A stretch of 64,000 bases of DNA. Source: an uncultured virus (IMG/VR IMGVR_UViG_3300047375_000936) (lineage: Duplodnaviria > Heunggongvirae > Uroviricota > Caudoviricetes). The stretch is from IMG/VR virus record IMGVR_UViG_3300047375_000936; one strand, written 5' to 3'. Of this stretch, positions 47,559 through 57,616 are shown piece by piece (within the stretch, counting starts at the first letter, position 1; each line of letters starts with the position of its first letter). The notes beneath the pieces are model-generated. The model was not told where the DNA came from. It searched no databases and saw nothing but the letters and a program-made list of their open reading frames with translations. Position numbers and translations under genes: made by a program.

Positions 47559-47564
47559 AAAACA

Positions 47565-47960
47565 ATGGGACGTCCAATTAATAAAGATTTGATAGGGTTT
47601 GGAACAGGCCGTATCGCAGCAACACGCCACTTTTTTACAGGTAGTTCAGAAGGAACAACAGCAGCACATATTGTTTCACAAAGATCAACAAATAAATTTT
47701 TAGTAAGATTAGATTCAGACGCAGGAGATGCTGCAACAGGTGAAGTAATGACACTAGTCAACAAAGCCAATGGCGCACTAGTAGCAGGCGAATTTAGAAT
47801 TGATGCAATTCTAGAAGATTCTACAACTGTACAAGTTACCAAACTGCGTAATAGAACAATTCAGTACGAAGGCGGAACATCTAACGTAGCAAACGTTCGT
47901 TGGGCAGCAGGTGTACATCCAGCAGCAGGTGATGCTGGTGCAAACGTAGACGCCCAATAA
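47565..47960 (+). CDS. Virion structural protein (131 aa), possibly head decoration
   Basis: Start set at ATG 47565 (AAGGAG SD). It has a late motif and lies downstream of the capsid gene. Function is inferred. Confidence 0.6.
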   Translation: MGRPINKDLIGFGTGRIAATRHFFTGSSEGTTAAHIVSQRSTNKFLVRLDSDAGDAATGEVMTLVNKANGALVAGEFRIDAILEDSTTVQVTKLRNRTIQYEGGTSNVANVRWAAGVHPAAGDAGANVDAQ

Positions 47961-47977
47961 TTTTAGGGAGTCTTTAA

Positions 47978-49030
47978 ATGTCTAGTGCCAAAATACTTGA
48001 ACACAGTGTAGATCTATATAAAGTCACAGTTAATCCTGGTGGCACAGTAGAATTCAATGCTGGAGATGGGTTGTCTCCAGCAACTACAGGCACGTTCAAC
48101 TTTTACGGCGATCTCAATGTTGTAGGTAGTCAAACAACCATTAATACATCAGAACTTGCTGTTACCGATAAAACAATTACCATAAACAACGGTGAAACTG
48201 GCAACGGAGTTTCAACAGGACCTGATGGAACCGAAACAGCTGGAATAATTGTAGATAGAGGAAACTTTCCTGATGCTAAATTGTTGTACGATGAAGACCT
48301 TGATTGGTATGATTCACGCAGCGGTGGAATTATTGGCGATAAAGGTGCATGGGTATTTAAAGATCAGAACAACGAAACAATAGGTGTTTTTACAAATTTT
48401 GTTGGAACATTTGGAAGCGACGATTTAGTTTTACTAGGTGAAGGAACTAATGTTGTAACCGTAACTGGCACAGTTAGTTACGAAGAACAACTTTGGCCTT
48501 ATGTTAATGGTGTAATTCAACCAAACGTAAACTTGCCTGATAGACTTAGTGCGCCAACAGATGACGACCACATACCAAACGTAAAAGCTGTTAAAGATTA
48601 TGTTAAAGCGTATAACACATACAACTTTACTGACACAATCGAAAGCGGTGATACAACTGTAAGTGTAGCCGATCAAGATGAAACAAGTAGTGCAAGTTTA
48701 GCTCTTATCACAGTTGATAGCAGCGAAGTAGCACGTTTTTATCAAGCAAGTATTGAATTACTTGAAGTCGGTATAACAACTAACACAATTTCAACTATAA
48801 ACCAAAACTCAAATCTTAAAGTGCAAGGTTCTGGAACAGGAAGTGTAGAGTTTGGAACTCCAGCATTATTTCCTATTACAACAGATCCTGATGCACCAAC
48901 TGATGGGGTTAAGATTTATGGTAAAGCAGAAGCTGACGGAGGAACTGGTATATTTTTTATTAATCAAAACTCAACCACAGATGAAATCATCAGTAGAAAC
49001 AAAGCACTATTGTATAGTATAATTTTTTAA
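47978..49030 (+). CDS. Virion structural / fibre-associated protein (350 aa)
   Basis: Fibre-type motifs GDLNVVGSQTTINTSELAVTDKTITIN, AGIIVDRG and IPNVKAVKDYV. Confidence 0.65.
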   Translation: MSSAKILEHSVDLYKVTVNPGGTVEFNAGDGLSPATTGTFNFYGDLNVVGSQTTINTSELAVTDKTITINNGETGNGVSTGPDGTETAGIIVDRGNFPDAKLLYDEDLDWYDSRSGGIIGDKGAWVFKDQNNETIGVFTNFVGTFGSDDLVLLGEGTNVVTVTGTVSYEEQLWPYVNGVIQPNVNLPDRLSAPTDDDHIPNVKAVKDYVKAYNTYNFTDTIESGDTTVSVADQDETSSASLALITVDSSEVARFYQASIELLEVGITTNTISTINQNSNLKVQGSGTGSVEFGTPALFPITTDPDAPTDGVKIYGKAEADGGTGIFFINQNSTTDEIISRNKALLYSIIF

Positions 49031-49041
49031 AGGAAAACAAA

Positions 49042-49371
49042 ATGGCCATTGCAAGTAATCTAATATTAGCAACAGACACAACGATACTGTTAGTGCCGGC
49101 ACAAAAAAAATATGCAATTACTACAATTGTTGTTTGCAACTATGCAACAACAACCGATGCTTCGTTTGGAAGTAGTTTTGATATGCACGTTATACCAAGC
49201 GGTGAATCAAAAACTAATGCAAACAAAGTTTTAAATACGATTGCAATGCCAGCACAAGAAACATTTTCGTTTAATACTGAACGTCTAATCTTAGAAGAAG
49301 GGGACAGTGTTGTTTTAAATAGTCCCGACTCAAATCGTTTGAGTGCAACAATTAGTTATTTGGAAGTTTAA
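49042..49371 (+). CDS. Small beta-rich virion protein (109 aa)
   Basis: AAGGA SD and a C-terminal LILEEGDSV...ISYLEV pattern common in small structural proteins of T4-like phages. Confidence 0.6.
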   Translation: MAIASNLILATDTTILLVPAQKKYAITTIVVCNYATTTDASFGSSFDMHVIPSGESKTNANKVLNTIAMPAQETFSFNTERLILEEGDSVVLNSPDSNRLSATISYLEV

Positions 49372-52300
49372 ATGGAATATATTAAGAAGCAGTCGATATA
49401 CTCAAGAAAAATTGACAACAATGAACTTATTATTAACAATGACGGTACTATCGAACTTACTCCACAAGCAGGAGCAGTTAAAGTTGCCGGTAACTTAGAA
49501 GTTACTGGAAGTAGTAGTGGTCCGACAAACGATTTAGTTTATTATGTTTCTTTAGAAGGCGATGACGCAAATGACGGACTTGGTGCCGGCGCATCAAGAG
49601 CAAAGCGTACTATTAAGTCGGCAGTAGATGATGCTCCAGCAGGCTCAACAATTAAAGTTGCACCAGGAGAGTTCTACGAAAACAATCCAATCACATTAAA
49701 AGAACGCATGACAGTGCGTGGTGATAGTTTGCGTAACGTACTTGTTTTTCCAAATAATCCAACACTAGACTTATTCTTAATGGATAATGCTTGTTATCTA
49801 TTCCAGATGACATTTAGAGGACTACGTGATCCAGGTTGGTGTGCAAGAATTAGAGAAGGTGCTCTAGTTACTACATCACCATATGTACAAAACTGTACTA
49901 ACATGAACGGTCCTTGGCTGAATGACGGAACAGAATTTATTCCATTCCAAACAGTACAAATTGACGGTGTACCTGCAACAGCTAGACCGATTGAAAACGA
50001 TCCATCTGTTCCACTAGCAAAACGAATAAATGTCAACGGTGGTGGTAACGGTATTTTAGTCGACGGTAATGACTACGACCAACGTTCGTTAGTTTTTAGT
50101 TTTGTTGCAGATGCATTTACACAAATTGCCCAAGGTGGTATTGGTTTCCATGTTACCAACTTTGGTTATACACAGATTGTTAGTTGCTTCTCGGTGTTTA
50201 CACGTATTGGTTTCTTGACAACCAAAGGCGGCTATCTTAGTATTTCGAACAGTGTTAGTGACTTTGGTACATTTGCTATTATTGCTGACGGACTATTTGA
50301 TAAAGTTTATACAACTGCAAGACCATCACAAACATATACATCTAATGTAGGTAGTGTAACTGTAAATAGTACAGGTGCAGGATATACCGGTACACCTACT
50401 GTTACTTTTGATGCACCATCAACACCAGGAGGCGTAACTGCTCAAGGTTCGGCAAGTGTCGATGCGTTAAGAGGTGAAGTGACAAGTATTACAGTTGATA
50501 ATCCAGGTAGCGGTTATCAATCGGCACCAACTATTACATTAACCGGCGGCGGATTTAGTAGTGCAGCAACCGCAACAGCTAACCTAATTAAAAACAAAAC
50601 AATTGAAGTAAACAGTTTACGAGATGTTCCCCAAACAGGTAGTGTTATTAAGTTTGAAGGCGACTCAACTGTTTATTATGTAACTGGAAACAACATTACA
50701 ACACAACCGTTTATATATGATGAAAATGTTTGTAGACGTGACGTTAGAAGAATTATTGATGCTATTATGGGCGATGTTGCTCTTGGTACTAATTACCAAA
50801 GTATTTCCGCTGGTAGAAGTTACTTACGTGCAAACAGTGCCAAAGTACTTAATCAACAATTAGCACCTACAATTTTTGGTATTGAAGCAACAAGAGATGA
50901 AATACTTGCTCTTATTCCAGATAGCGATCCTGCTAACGAACAATATAGATATGACATAATAGAAAAAACTGCAATTATTACAAACTTCATTTCAAATGAA
51001 GATAGTAGTGGTGCACCAGACGTTTTTTATGACGATACAAATGCTAGTAGTCCAGCAGCAGTAGCAGCGAAAGATTCAATACTTCTTAACAAAGACTTTA
51101 TTGTTAATGAAACAATAAAATATATTGCAGAACAGTTTAGCAACTTATCGTACGATCAAGACAAGTGCGAACGTGATGTTAGAATTATTACTGAAGCAGT
51201 AGCTTATGACACTGCACTCGGAACAAACTATAATAGTGTTACTGCTGGGCTTGCTTATGCAAGAGCCAATGCAAGTGAAGTAACAACAACACAATTAACA
51301 GTTACACTTGCTGCATATAAAAATGTTAAAACACTTACACTAGCACTTAGCGATGTTGTTGCTGATGCAACTGCTACAACAAGAGTTGGAGCTGCCTGGG
51401 ACGAAGTAATTGAGATTATCGAAGGCAGAGCATACAATAGCACTACATGTAGACGTGACGTAGGACAAATTGTTGATAGTGTTGCTTTTGATATAGCACT
51501 AGGTACTAATTATAACGCTGTTACAACTGGATTATCATATCAAAGAGCAAACACTGCTTATGTACTAAGTGCGCAATTCCAACAAACAATTGCCTCTTAC
51601 CAGTATATGAAAACACTTGCAACTGGCACATACCTAAGTGATGCTACTGCTGAAACTAGATCAAACGCTGCCTTTGATGAAATTTTAGACATTATTCAAA
51701 ATGGTGTTGTTAGCACAGATACCGCAGCAGATGCACTTACATTTAGCGACCCTGGAGTAGACAATAGTAGAGCAGCAGCTCGTGTACTACTACAACTAAA
51801 CAGAGACTTTATTGCAGGTGAACTAATTACTTGGATCAATACAAATTATCCATCTCTAGTATATGATACTGCAAAATGTTCAAGAGATACAAAATATATT
51901 GTTGATGCATTATCGTTTGACATCCAATATACTGGTAACTTTGCTACACGTAGAGTAGCAACATCGTACTATGAAGGAACAGCAAGTCAGCTGCCAGAAT
52001 CTCAAAGAGTAGCAACAGCAGCAGCATATGCACATTTAAAAAATAATATTGTAAGTCAAATTGTTATTGAAAACTATCCTGGACAAAATACTAATGGGTT
52101 ACCAGGTAGTTCTGATGAAGTTTCGGGAATCGAGTCACTTACTTCAATAATTGAAGATGTTACACGAAACGACCGAAGTGTAAATCTTCCTAACTTAGCA
52201 AGTAAAATATCAAGTCTTGTTGGCGGAGGCAATGGAATATACGAAACATTCTTAGACAGTAACGCTCCGGGAACAAGTAGAAAATATGGCGACATTGACA

Positions 52301-55300
52301 ACAACGGTAGTATTGCTTCTGCTGATGCAGCAGCTATTACTATATACAATGCTGGTAATTATGATCAGCTAACATATACACAATATGAATGGATAAGAGA
52401 AACTTTAATACCTGCAATTGAAAAACTTGATCGTGCAACATACAGTGACTTCTTTTATACAACATATGACTTTTTACCAGACTTAGTTGAGCCAGATATT
52501 GGCTGGGCAGATGCAGCTATTCAAACTGATGTGAATACTTGGAAAAATGCTAAAACAACTATTCAAGATACAGTTATAAAACAAATTACTATTGGTAATA
52601 TTAGCAATGCTGATACTATTACATATCCCGAACCAACAAATGTTATTACTGCAAGAGCAAATGCTAAAGATCAGTTACGTGCAAATAGACAATTTATAAT
52701 TGACGAAATCTCTGCATATGTAACTTCGAATAATCCTTCACTTACATACGACGATGATAAGTGTCGAAGAGATGTTGGATATATTGTTGATGCATTAACA
52801 TACGACATATTGTACGAAGGCAATAGTGCAACTCGACAATCAGCCGATAGTTACTTTGTTGGAACAGTCGGACAGTTGGGTACTGTTACAGAAGAAACAA
52901 CTGCAACTATTGCAGCATATACACACTTGCAAGGTGTTGTAACTGGTATCTTATTAGAAGCAGCTCTATCAAAAAGTACAGGCAATACAACAACACAAGA
53001 CACAACAAACGAGCCTGCAACTGCAACTGAAGTTGCTAAAGCATCAGAATTAATTCAAATTATTATTGATGTTCTTACAGCAGGAAGCACAACTGGATTA
53101 CCAACAACCAGTAGAGCAGTTACCGACTGGGCAGCAGCACCGTTGCAAACAGCATTTAGTAGTATCTTTGGACAGCAAGATAACTTTGCTGACTTAACTA
53201 CTACATACATTTTAACAAACTATCCAGACTTTACATATGATAGAGCAAAATGTAAACGTGACGTAGGAATAATTCTTGATGCAGTAGTTAGAGATGCGAA
53301 ACTTGCTACTAACCATAATGCTATTGTAGCAGGGCAAGCCTATTTAAGAGGTAACGCAGCAACAGTAAAAGACTCGCAATTCCCAGCAACAATCCTTGCG
53401 CTACGCGAAGCAAAACGACTATCACTAACGTATGTTACTGCAAATGCAGCAGCAGTTACAAGAATTACAGATGGATGGGATACAGTATTAACTTTCTTAG
53501 AGTTTGGTACACTACCAAGTGAAGGACAAACATATCCAGCACCTACTCCTGCAAGTCAAGAACTAATTGACGCTGCAAGACAGTTACAAGACAACAAAAG
53601 TTTCTTAGAAGAAGAAGTTATTTCATACATTAACGATCAATATTTTGTATATGATAGTGCTAAGTGCGCTAGAGATACACAACTAATACTTGATGCTGTT
53701 GTAAACGATTTGCTTCTCGGAACAAATTATAATAGTATCACAGCTGGACTATCGTATTATAGAGCAGTGAGTGCGTATGTAATTAGCGATCAAATTACAC
53801 AAACTATTGCAGCTATTACGCATTTAAAATCAGAAGTTGCTACTTTACTTACAGGCGATGCAACAAGTATTTCTGCAACTAATGCAAGTTTTGATGAAAT
53901 TATTGATATTATACAAAATGGAACTGCTAATGCTGATGCACTAACATTTCCAAATCCAACAGGAAACGTTCTACAAGGAAATGCAAAAGATCAACTAGTA
54001 GCAAACAGAGATTTTATTGCAACAGAACTTATTAGTTGGATTAATGCTAATTTGCCAAACTTGACATACGACGAAGCAAAATGCCAAAGAGATACAAAAT
54101 TTATTGTTGATGCACTATGTCACGATATTATGTATGAAACAAATCTTGCAAGCATTATTAATGCAAAAGCATACTTTGAAGCAAGTGCAAGTGTTCTTCC
54201 ATATGATCAAAGAGACGGAACTGCGGATGCACTACAACAACTTAGTGCAATTGTAAAACAGATTGTATTAGGTACATATTCTGGACAGAATACAAGTTCA
54301 GGAGATGCATCAAATATCGAAGCATACCGTGTAAAAGAATTAACTGAAATTGTAGTAGATGTTGTTAGAGCAAATACACTAACAATATTACCTACTGAAA
54401 CAACACCTAATTTAGCTGGAGCAAGTGCGCAGACACAAGCTAGTGCAGCATTAATAACAGCAACTGGCGATAGTACAAGTGCTGATCTTGTACAGAGCGT
54501 TATTACATATATTAACACTAATCAAAATGGATTTAGTTATAATCAAACAAAGTGCCGTAGAGATGTTGGATACTTAATTGAATCAACTACACATGACTTA
54601 TTATACACAGGCAATGTTAGTTCTTTAACAAGTGCAAGAAGTTATTTCTTAGACAGTGAAAGTCAAGTGTATGGTCAAGAAACACAAACAGCAGATGCAC
54701 TAACTAGACTAAAAACTGTTGCATCTCAGTGTATCCAAGGTATTGCTGTTACACCAACAGCAGGCAATACTGAAACACAGAGTTTAGTAGGACCGTATGG
54801 TACAAGCACACAATCAACTACATCAAATACGTTGTTTAACATTACAATTGATGCAATTCAAGCAGGTAACTTGTTAAGTACACCAAATGACTTAGAGCCT
54901 GATACTAGTTGGGCTTCAATTGCAATGACAACTGAATTAGATAAATTAATACTTGCCAAAGCAACAGTGCAAACTGGTACAATTACATTTATTAATGACA
55001 ACATACTAGGCTTTAAGTATAATGTAGCAGCATGTGAAAGAGATACAAAATATATTATCGATGCTGCACTTTACGATATGATGTATGGCGGTAACAAACA
55101 AACAAGACGTGCAGGGGAAGCATATTACACAGGAACAATCCTAAACGGCATTACAACAACAGGCGATAATGCAGATCAAGAAGGTGTTACTGAATTTACC
55201 TATAAACGTCTAGCAGATGTTATGGATAAGATTGGCAGAAATGTTACAGTCTCAACTAGTGACGGCGTAACAGTTGCACAAGTTTATAATGCAACAGCAG

Positions 55301-57507
55301 GTACAAGCGATGCAACTGTAAGTATAACTGCTAACGTAACAAAAATTGCAGAAGTAATTAGCCAAGGCATTTATCCTGTATTACCAAATGAAATTGATCA
55401 CGATTATGCAGCAAATGCTGAAACAAGTGCAAATGCTAAAAGAGAGCTAGTACTTGATGCTACACAAGCAATTGAAGACGAAGCTATTAGATTACTTAAC
55501 TTACAATACGGTGGAGTTGCCGAACTAGACTTGTTCCCCCAACTTGCATTTGTACAAGAAGGAACAATTGGTAGTATGCAAAATGTTTCAACTGTAAGTA
55601 CGAGTGGACATGCATTTGAATACGTTGGCGCAGGTGTTACTTATAACGCACTTCCGTTCTTTGGTGGTAGTGCTATTGCAGAAAACGAAATTACAGAAAC
55701 CGATAACGGTAGAGTATTTGCAGGTGGTACTGTTGACCAAATTGGTAACTTTAGAGTTGGTAACTTCTTTGGAGTTAACGCTCTTACAGGTGCTATTACA
55801 CTAAACGCTGAAGAGATTAGTTTAAGTGGTATTGCTAGTATTGGACCGTTCAAACGCTTTGGTATTCCAGTTGGTGTTGAACTTAAAGAAGTTAGCAACA
55901 GTTCAGATCTAAGAGCAAGTACCGGACAGCCAGATCAAAATACTACACCAACACAGGTTGCGGTTGTAAACTATGTTGAAAATAGATATCTTAACAAACT
56001 AACAGGCGGTCTTGTATTAGGCGATGTACAAATCAATGCAGATCTAGCAGTAAACGGCGGTGACCTAACTACTACATCAACAACATTCAACTTGTTTGAT
56101 GATAATGCTAATATTGTAAATGCATTTGGCGGTACAACACAGTTGACGATTGGCGCGGTTGGAATTGGTACTACAACAATTAAACACAACGTTGATATTG
56201 ACTTAGATCTAAACGTTGATGGCGGGGATATTACAACTAATGTAACCGATACATTTAACTTGCTAAATGCAAATGCTAGAACAATAAACGCATTTGGCGC
56301 TGCAACAACTATTAATATGGGTGCAATATCAACTGATAGTGTGCTTACATTTAACAGTGAAATTATTATATTCAACAGTGTAGGAACGCTACAACTACCA
56401 GTTGGTACTACAGCACAACGTGGCGCAGATTCAACAGCAGCACAAGGGCAAGTTAGATATAACACAACTGATAGTGCATTTGAAGGATACGACGGTGCTA
56501 ACTGGGGTACACTAGGCGGTGTTAGAGATGTTGACCAAGATACGTTTATTCGACCAGAACAAACACCTGGATCAGATGAAGACACATTAGAATTCTTTGC
56601 TGATGGTATTGAGCGCATGTCTCTAAACCCAACTACACTTAGAGTTGACGATACAATCTTAACTGTATTTGAAAATACAACTGAAAGTGTTGATTGGGAA
56701 ACAGGTGCAATTAGAATACTTGGCGGCGTTGGCATTGCTAGAAACTTGCATGTTCAAGGATACATTAGTGGTGATAGTAATGACATATTACAACTTACCG
56801 AAAAAGCAACTGACGAAATTTACATTCCAGCAAATACTATTAGAACTAGAGATAGCTTTAAAATTATTGCAAATGAGTCTGATAGTGCTACTGATAATAT
56901 TATTGATCCAATTACACTTGCACACCACAATGAGAGTGGTAATGCTGTAATTGGTGCAGGTATTGGTTTACCGTTTGAACAAGAAATTACAAACAATAAC
57001 TATGTAACTGCTGGTAGAATTGATGTTGTAAGTACAGATGTTACAACTGGTGCAGAAGACTTTGACATGGTATTCACAACTAGAATAGCAGGCGCAAGTA
57101 CAGAGAAGTTACGTTTAAGTGAAACCACAAGTACATTTACAACTAACGTACAAATTGATCAAGACTTATTTGTAACTGGTATACTTGATGCAGCAGGCTT
57201 TAGAGGTAGTATCTTTGCAGACGATAGTACCGAAATGCTTGATGCTGTTAACAACAGAATTATTGTTACAAACCTTGACGCAGGTACACTTACACTAATT
57301 AACGACCTTGAAGTACAATACGGCGGTACTGGTGCAAGCACATTTACTACAGATGGTATACTTTATGGTAATGCAGCAAACCCTGTACAAGTAACAGCAG
57401 CAGCAGGCGATGCTGATATAGCTGAAAGTTTCCAAATACTTAGTGCAACAAGTGGAGCAGACTCAACACCAGTCTGGACTGACACAATCGACGGTGGTAG
57501 CTTTTAA
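49372..57507 (+). CDS. Giant fibre-like virion protein (2711 aa) with pectin-lyase-like region and ten CxRD helical repeats
   Basis: YYVSLEGDDANDG...KRTIKSAV...VAPGEFYE...RGDSLR beta-helix entry, ten Y-x4-C-x-RD repeats, and fibre motifs such as LQLPVGTTAQR..GQVRYN..FEGYDG. It ends in IDGGSF. Confidence 0.75.
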   Translation: MEYIKKQSIYSRKIDNNELIINNDGTIELTPQAGAVKVAGNLEVTGSSSGPTNDLVYYVSLEGDDANDGLGAGASRAKRTIKSAVDDAPAGSTIKVAPGEFYENNPITLKERMTVRGDSLRNVLVFPNNPTLDLFLMDNACYLFQMTFRGLRDPGWCARIREGALVTTSPYVQNCTNMNGPWLNDGTEFIPFQTVQIDGVPATARPIENDPSVPLAKRINVNGGGNGILVDGNDYDQRSLVFSFVADAFTQIAQGGIGFHVTNFGYTQIVSCFSVFTRIGFLTTKGGYLSISNSVSDFGTFAIIADGLFDKVYTTARPSQTYTSNVGSVTVNSTGAGYTGTPTVTFDAPSTPGGVTAQGSASVDALRGEVTSITVDNPGSGYQSAPTITLTGGGFSSAATATANLIKNKTIEVNSLRDVPQTGSVIKFEGDSTVYYVTGNNITTQPFIYDENVCRRDVRRIIDAIMGDVALGTNYQSISAGRSYLRANSAKVLNQQLAPTIFGIEATRDEILALIPDSDPANEQYRYDIIEKTAIITNFISNEDSSGAPDVFYDDTNASSPAAVAAKDSILLNKDFIVNETIKYIAEQFSNLSYDQDKCERDVRIITEAVAYDTALGTNYNSVTAGLAYARANASEVTTTQLTVTLAAYKNVKTLTLALSDVVADATATTRVGAAWDEVIEIIEGRAYNSTTCRRDVGQIVDSVAFDIALGTNYNAVTTGLSYQRANTAYVLSAQFQQTIASYQYMKTLATGTYLSDATAETRSNAAFDEILDIIQNGVVSTDTAADALTFSDPGVDNSRAAARVLLQLNRDFIAGELITWINTNYPSLVYDTAKCSRDTKYIVDALSFDIQYTGNFATRRVATSYYEGTASQLPESQRVATAAAYAHLKNNIVSQIVIENYPGQNTNGLPGSSDEVSGIESLTSIIEDVTRNDRSVNLPNLASKISSLVGGGNGIYETFLDSNAPGTSRKYGDIDNNGSIASADAAAITIYNAGNYDQLTYTQYEWIRETLIPAIEKLDRATYSDFFYTTYDFLPDLVEPDIGWADAAIQTDVNTWKNAKTTIQDTVIKQITIGNISNADTITYPEPTNVITARANAKDQLRANRQFIIDEISAYVTSNNPSLTYDDDKCRRDVGYIVDALTYDILYEGNSATRQSADSYFVGTVGQLGTVTEETTATIAAYTHLQGVVTGILLEAALSKSTGNTTTQDTTNEPATATEVAKASELIQIIIDVLTAGSTTGLPTTSRAVTDWAAAPLQTAFSSIFGQQDNFADLTTTYILTNYPDFTYDRAKCKRDVGIILDAVVRDAKLATNHNAIVAGQAYLRGNAATVKDSQFPATILALREAKRLSLTYVTANAAAVTRITDGWDTVLTFLEFGTLPSEGQTYPAPTPASQELIDAARQLQDNKSFLEEEVISYINDQYFVYDSAKCARDTQLILDAVVNDLLLGTNYNSITAGLSYYRAVSAYVISDQITQTIAAITHLKSEVATLLTGDATSISATNASFDEIIDIIQNGTANADALTFPNPTGNVLQGNAKDQLVANRDFIATELISWINANLPNLTYDEAKCQRDTKFIVDALCHDIMYETNLASIINAKAYFEASASVLPYDQRDGTADALQQLSAIVKQIVLGTYSGQNTSSGDASNIEAYRVKELTEIVVDVVRANTLTILPTETTPNLAGASAQTQASAALITATGDSTSADLVQSVITYINTNQNGFSYNQTKCRRDVGYLIESTTHDLLYTGNVSSLTSARSYFLDSESQVYGQETQTADALTRLKTVASQCIQGIAVTPTAGNTETQSLVGPYGTSTQSTTSNTLFNITIDAIQAGNLLSTPNDLEPDTSWASIAMTTELDKLILAKATVQTGTITFINDNILGFKYNVAACERDTKYIIDAALYDMMYGGNKQTRRAGEAYYTGTILNGITTTGDNADQEGVTEFTYKRLADVMDKIGRNVTVSTSDGVTVAQVYNATAGTSDATVSITANVTKIAEVISQGIYPVLPNEIDHDYAANAETSANAKRELVLDATQAIEDEAIRLLNLQYGGVAELDLFPQLAFVQEGTIGSMQNVSTVSTSGHAFEYVGAGVTYNALPFFGGSAIAENEITETDNGRVFAGGTVDQIGNFRVGNFFGVNALTGAITLNAEEISLSGIASIGPFKRFGIPVGVELKEVSNSSDLRASTGQPDQNTTPTQVAVVNYVENRYLNKLTGGLVLGDVQINADLAVNGGDLTTTSTTFNLFDDNANIVNAFGGTTQLTIGAVGIGTTTIKHNVDIDLDLNVDGGDITTNVTDTFNLLNANARTINAFGAATTINMGAISTDSVLTFNSEIIIFNSVGTLQLPVGTTAQRGADSTAAQGQVRYNTTDSAFEGYDGANWGTLGGVRDVDQDTFIRPEQTPGSDEDTLEFFADGIERMSLNPTTLRVDDTILTVFENTTESVDWETGAIRILGGVGIARNLHVQGYISGDSNDILQLTEKATDEIYIPANTIRTRDSFKIIANESDSATDNIIDPITLAHHNESGNAVIGAGIGLPFEQEITNNNYVTAGRIDVVSTDVTTGAEDFDMVFTTRIAGASTEKLRLSETTSTFTTNVQIDQDLFVTGILDAAGFRGSIFADDSTEMLDAVNNRIIVTNLDAGTLTLINDLEVQYGGTGASTFTTDGILYGNAANPVQVTAAAGDADIAESFQILSATSGADSTPVWTDTIDGGSF

Positions 57508-57523
57508 TTAAGCTGCCACTTTT
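57494..57523 (+). terminator. Putative intrinsic terminator overlapping the stop codon
   Basis: GTGGTAGCTT-ttaatt-AAGCTGCCAC-TTTT. Confidence 0.7.
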
Positions 57524-57532
57524 ACTTCCTAG

Positions 57533-57539
57533 ATAAATA
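57533..57539 (+). promoter_or_regulatory. Late promoter motif ATAAATA
   Basis: Lies immediately after the terminator, about 77 nt upstream of ATG 57617. Confidence 0.6.
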
Positions 57540-57616
57540 ACTTAGTAGCGTATTTTACGTTTTACGATGGGCGTCTTTTTAGACTTGACCCGTACCTATA
57601 TAGGAGGCAGTTGCAA

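Noticed and set aside
30657..47564. Track start codons at 30657, 43264, 45974 and 47517 (also 30630 on minus)
   Set aside because: Downstream ATGs at 30690, 43285, 46013, 47565 and 30615 have clear SD sequences. The longer starts overlap promoters, leaders or upstream genes.
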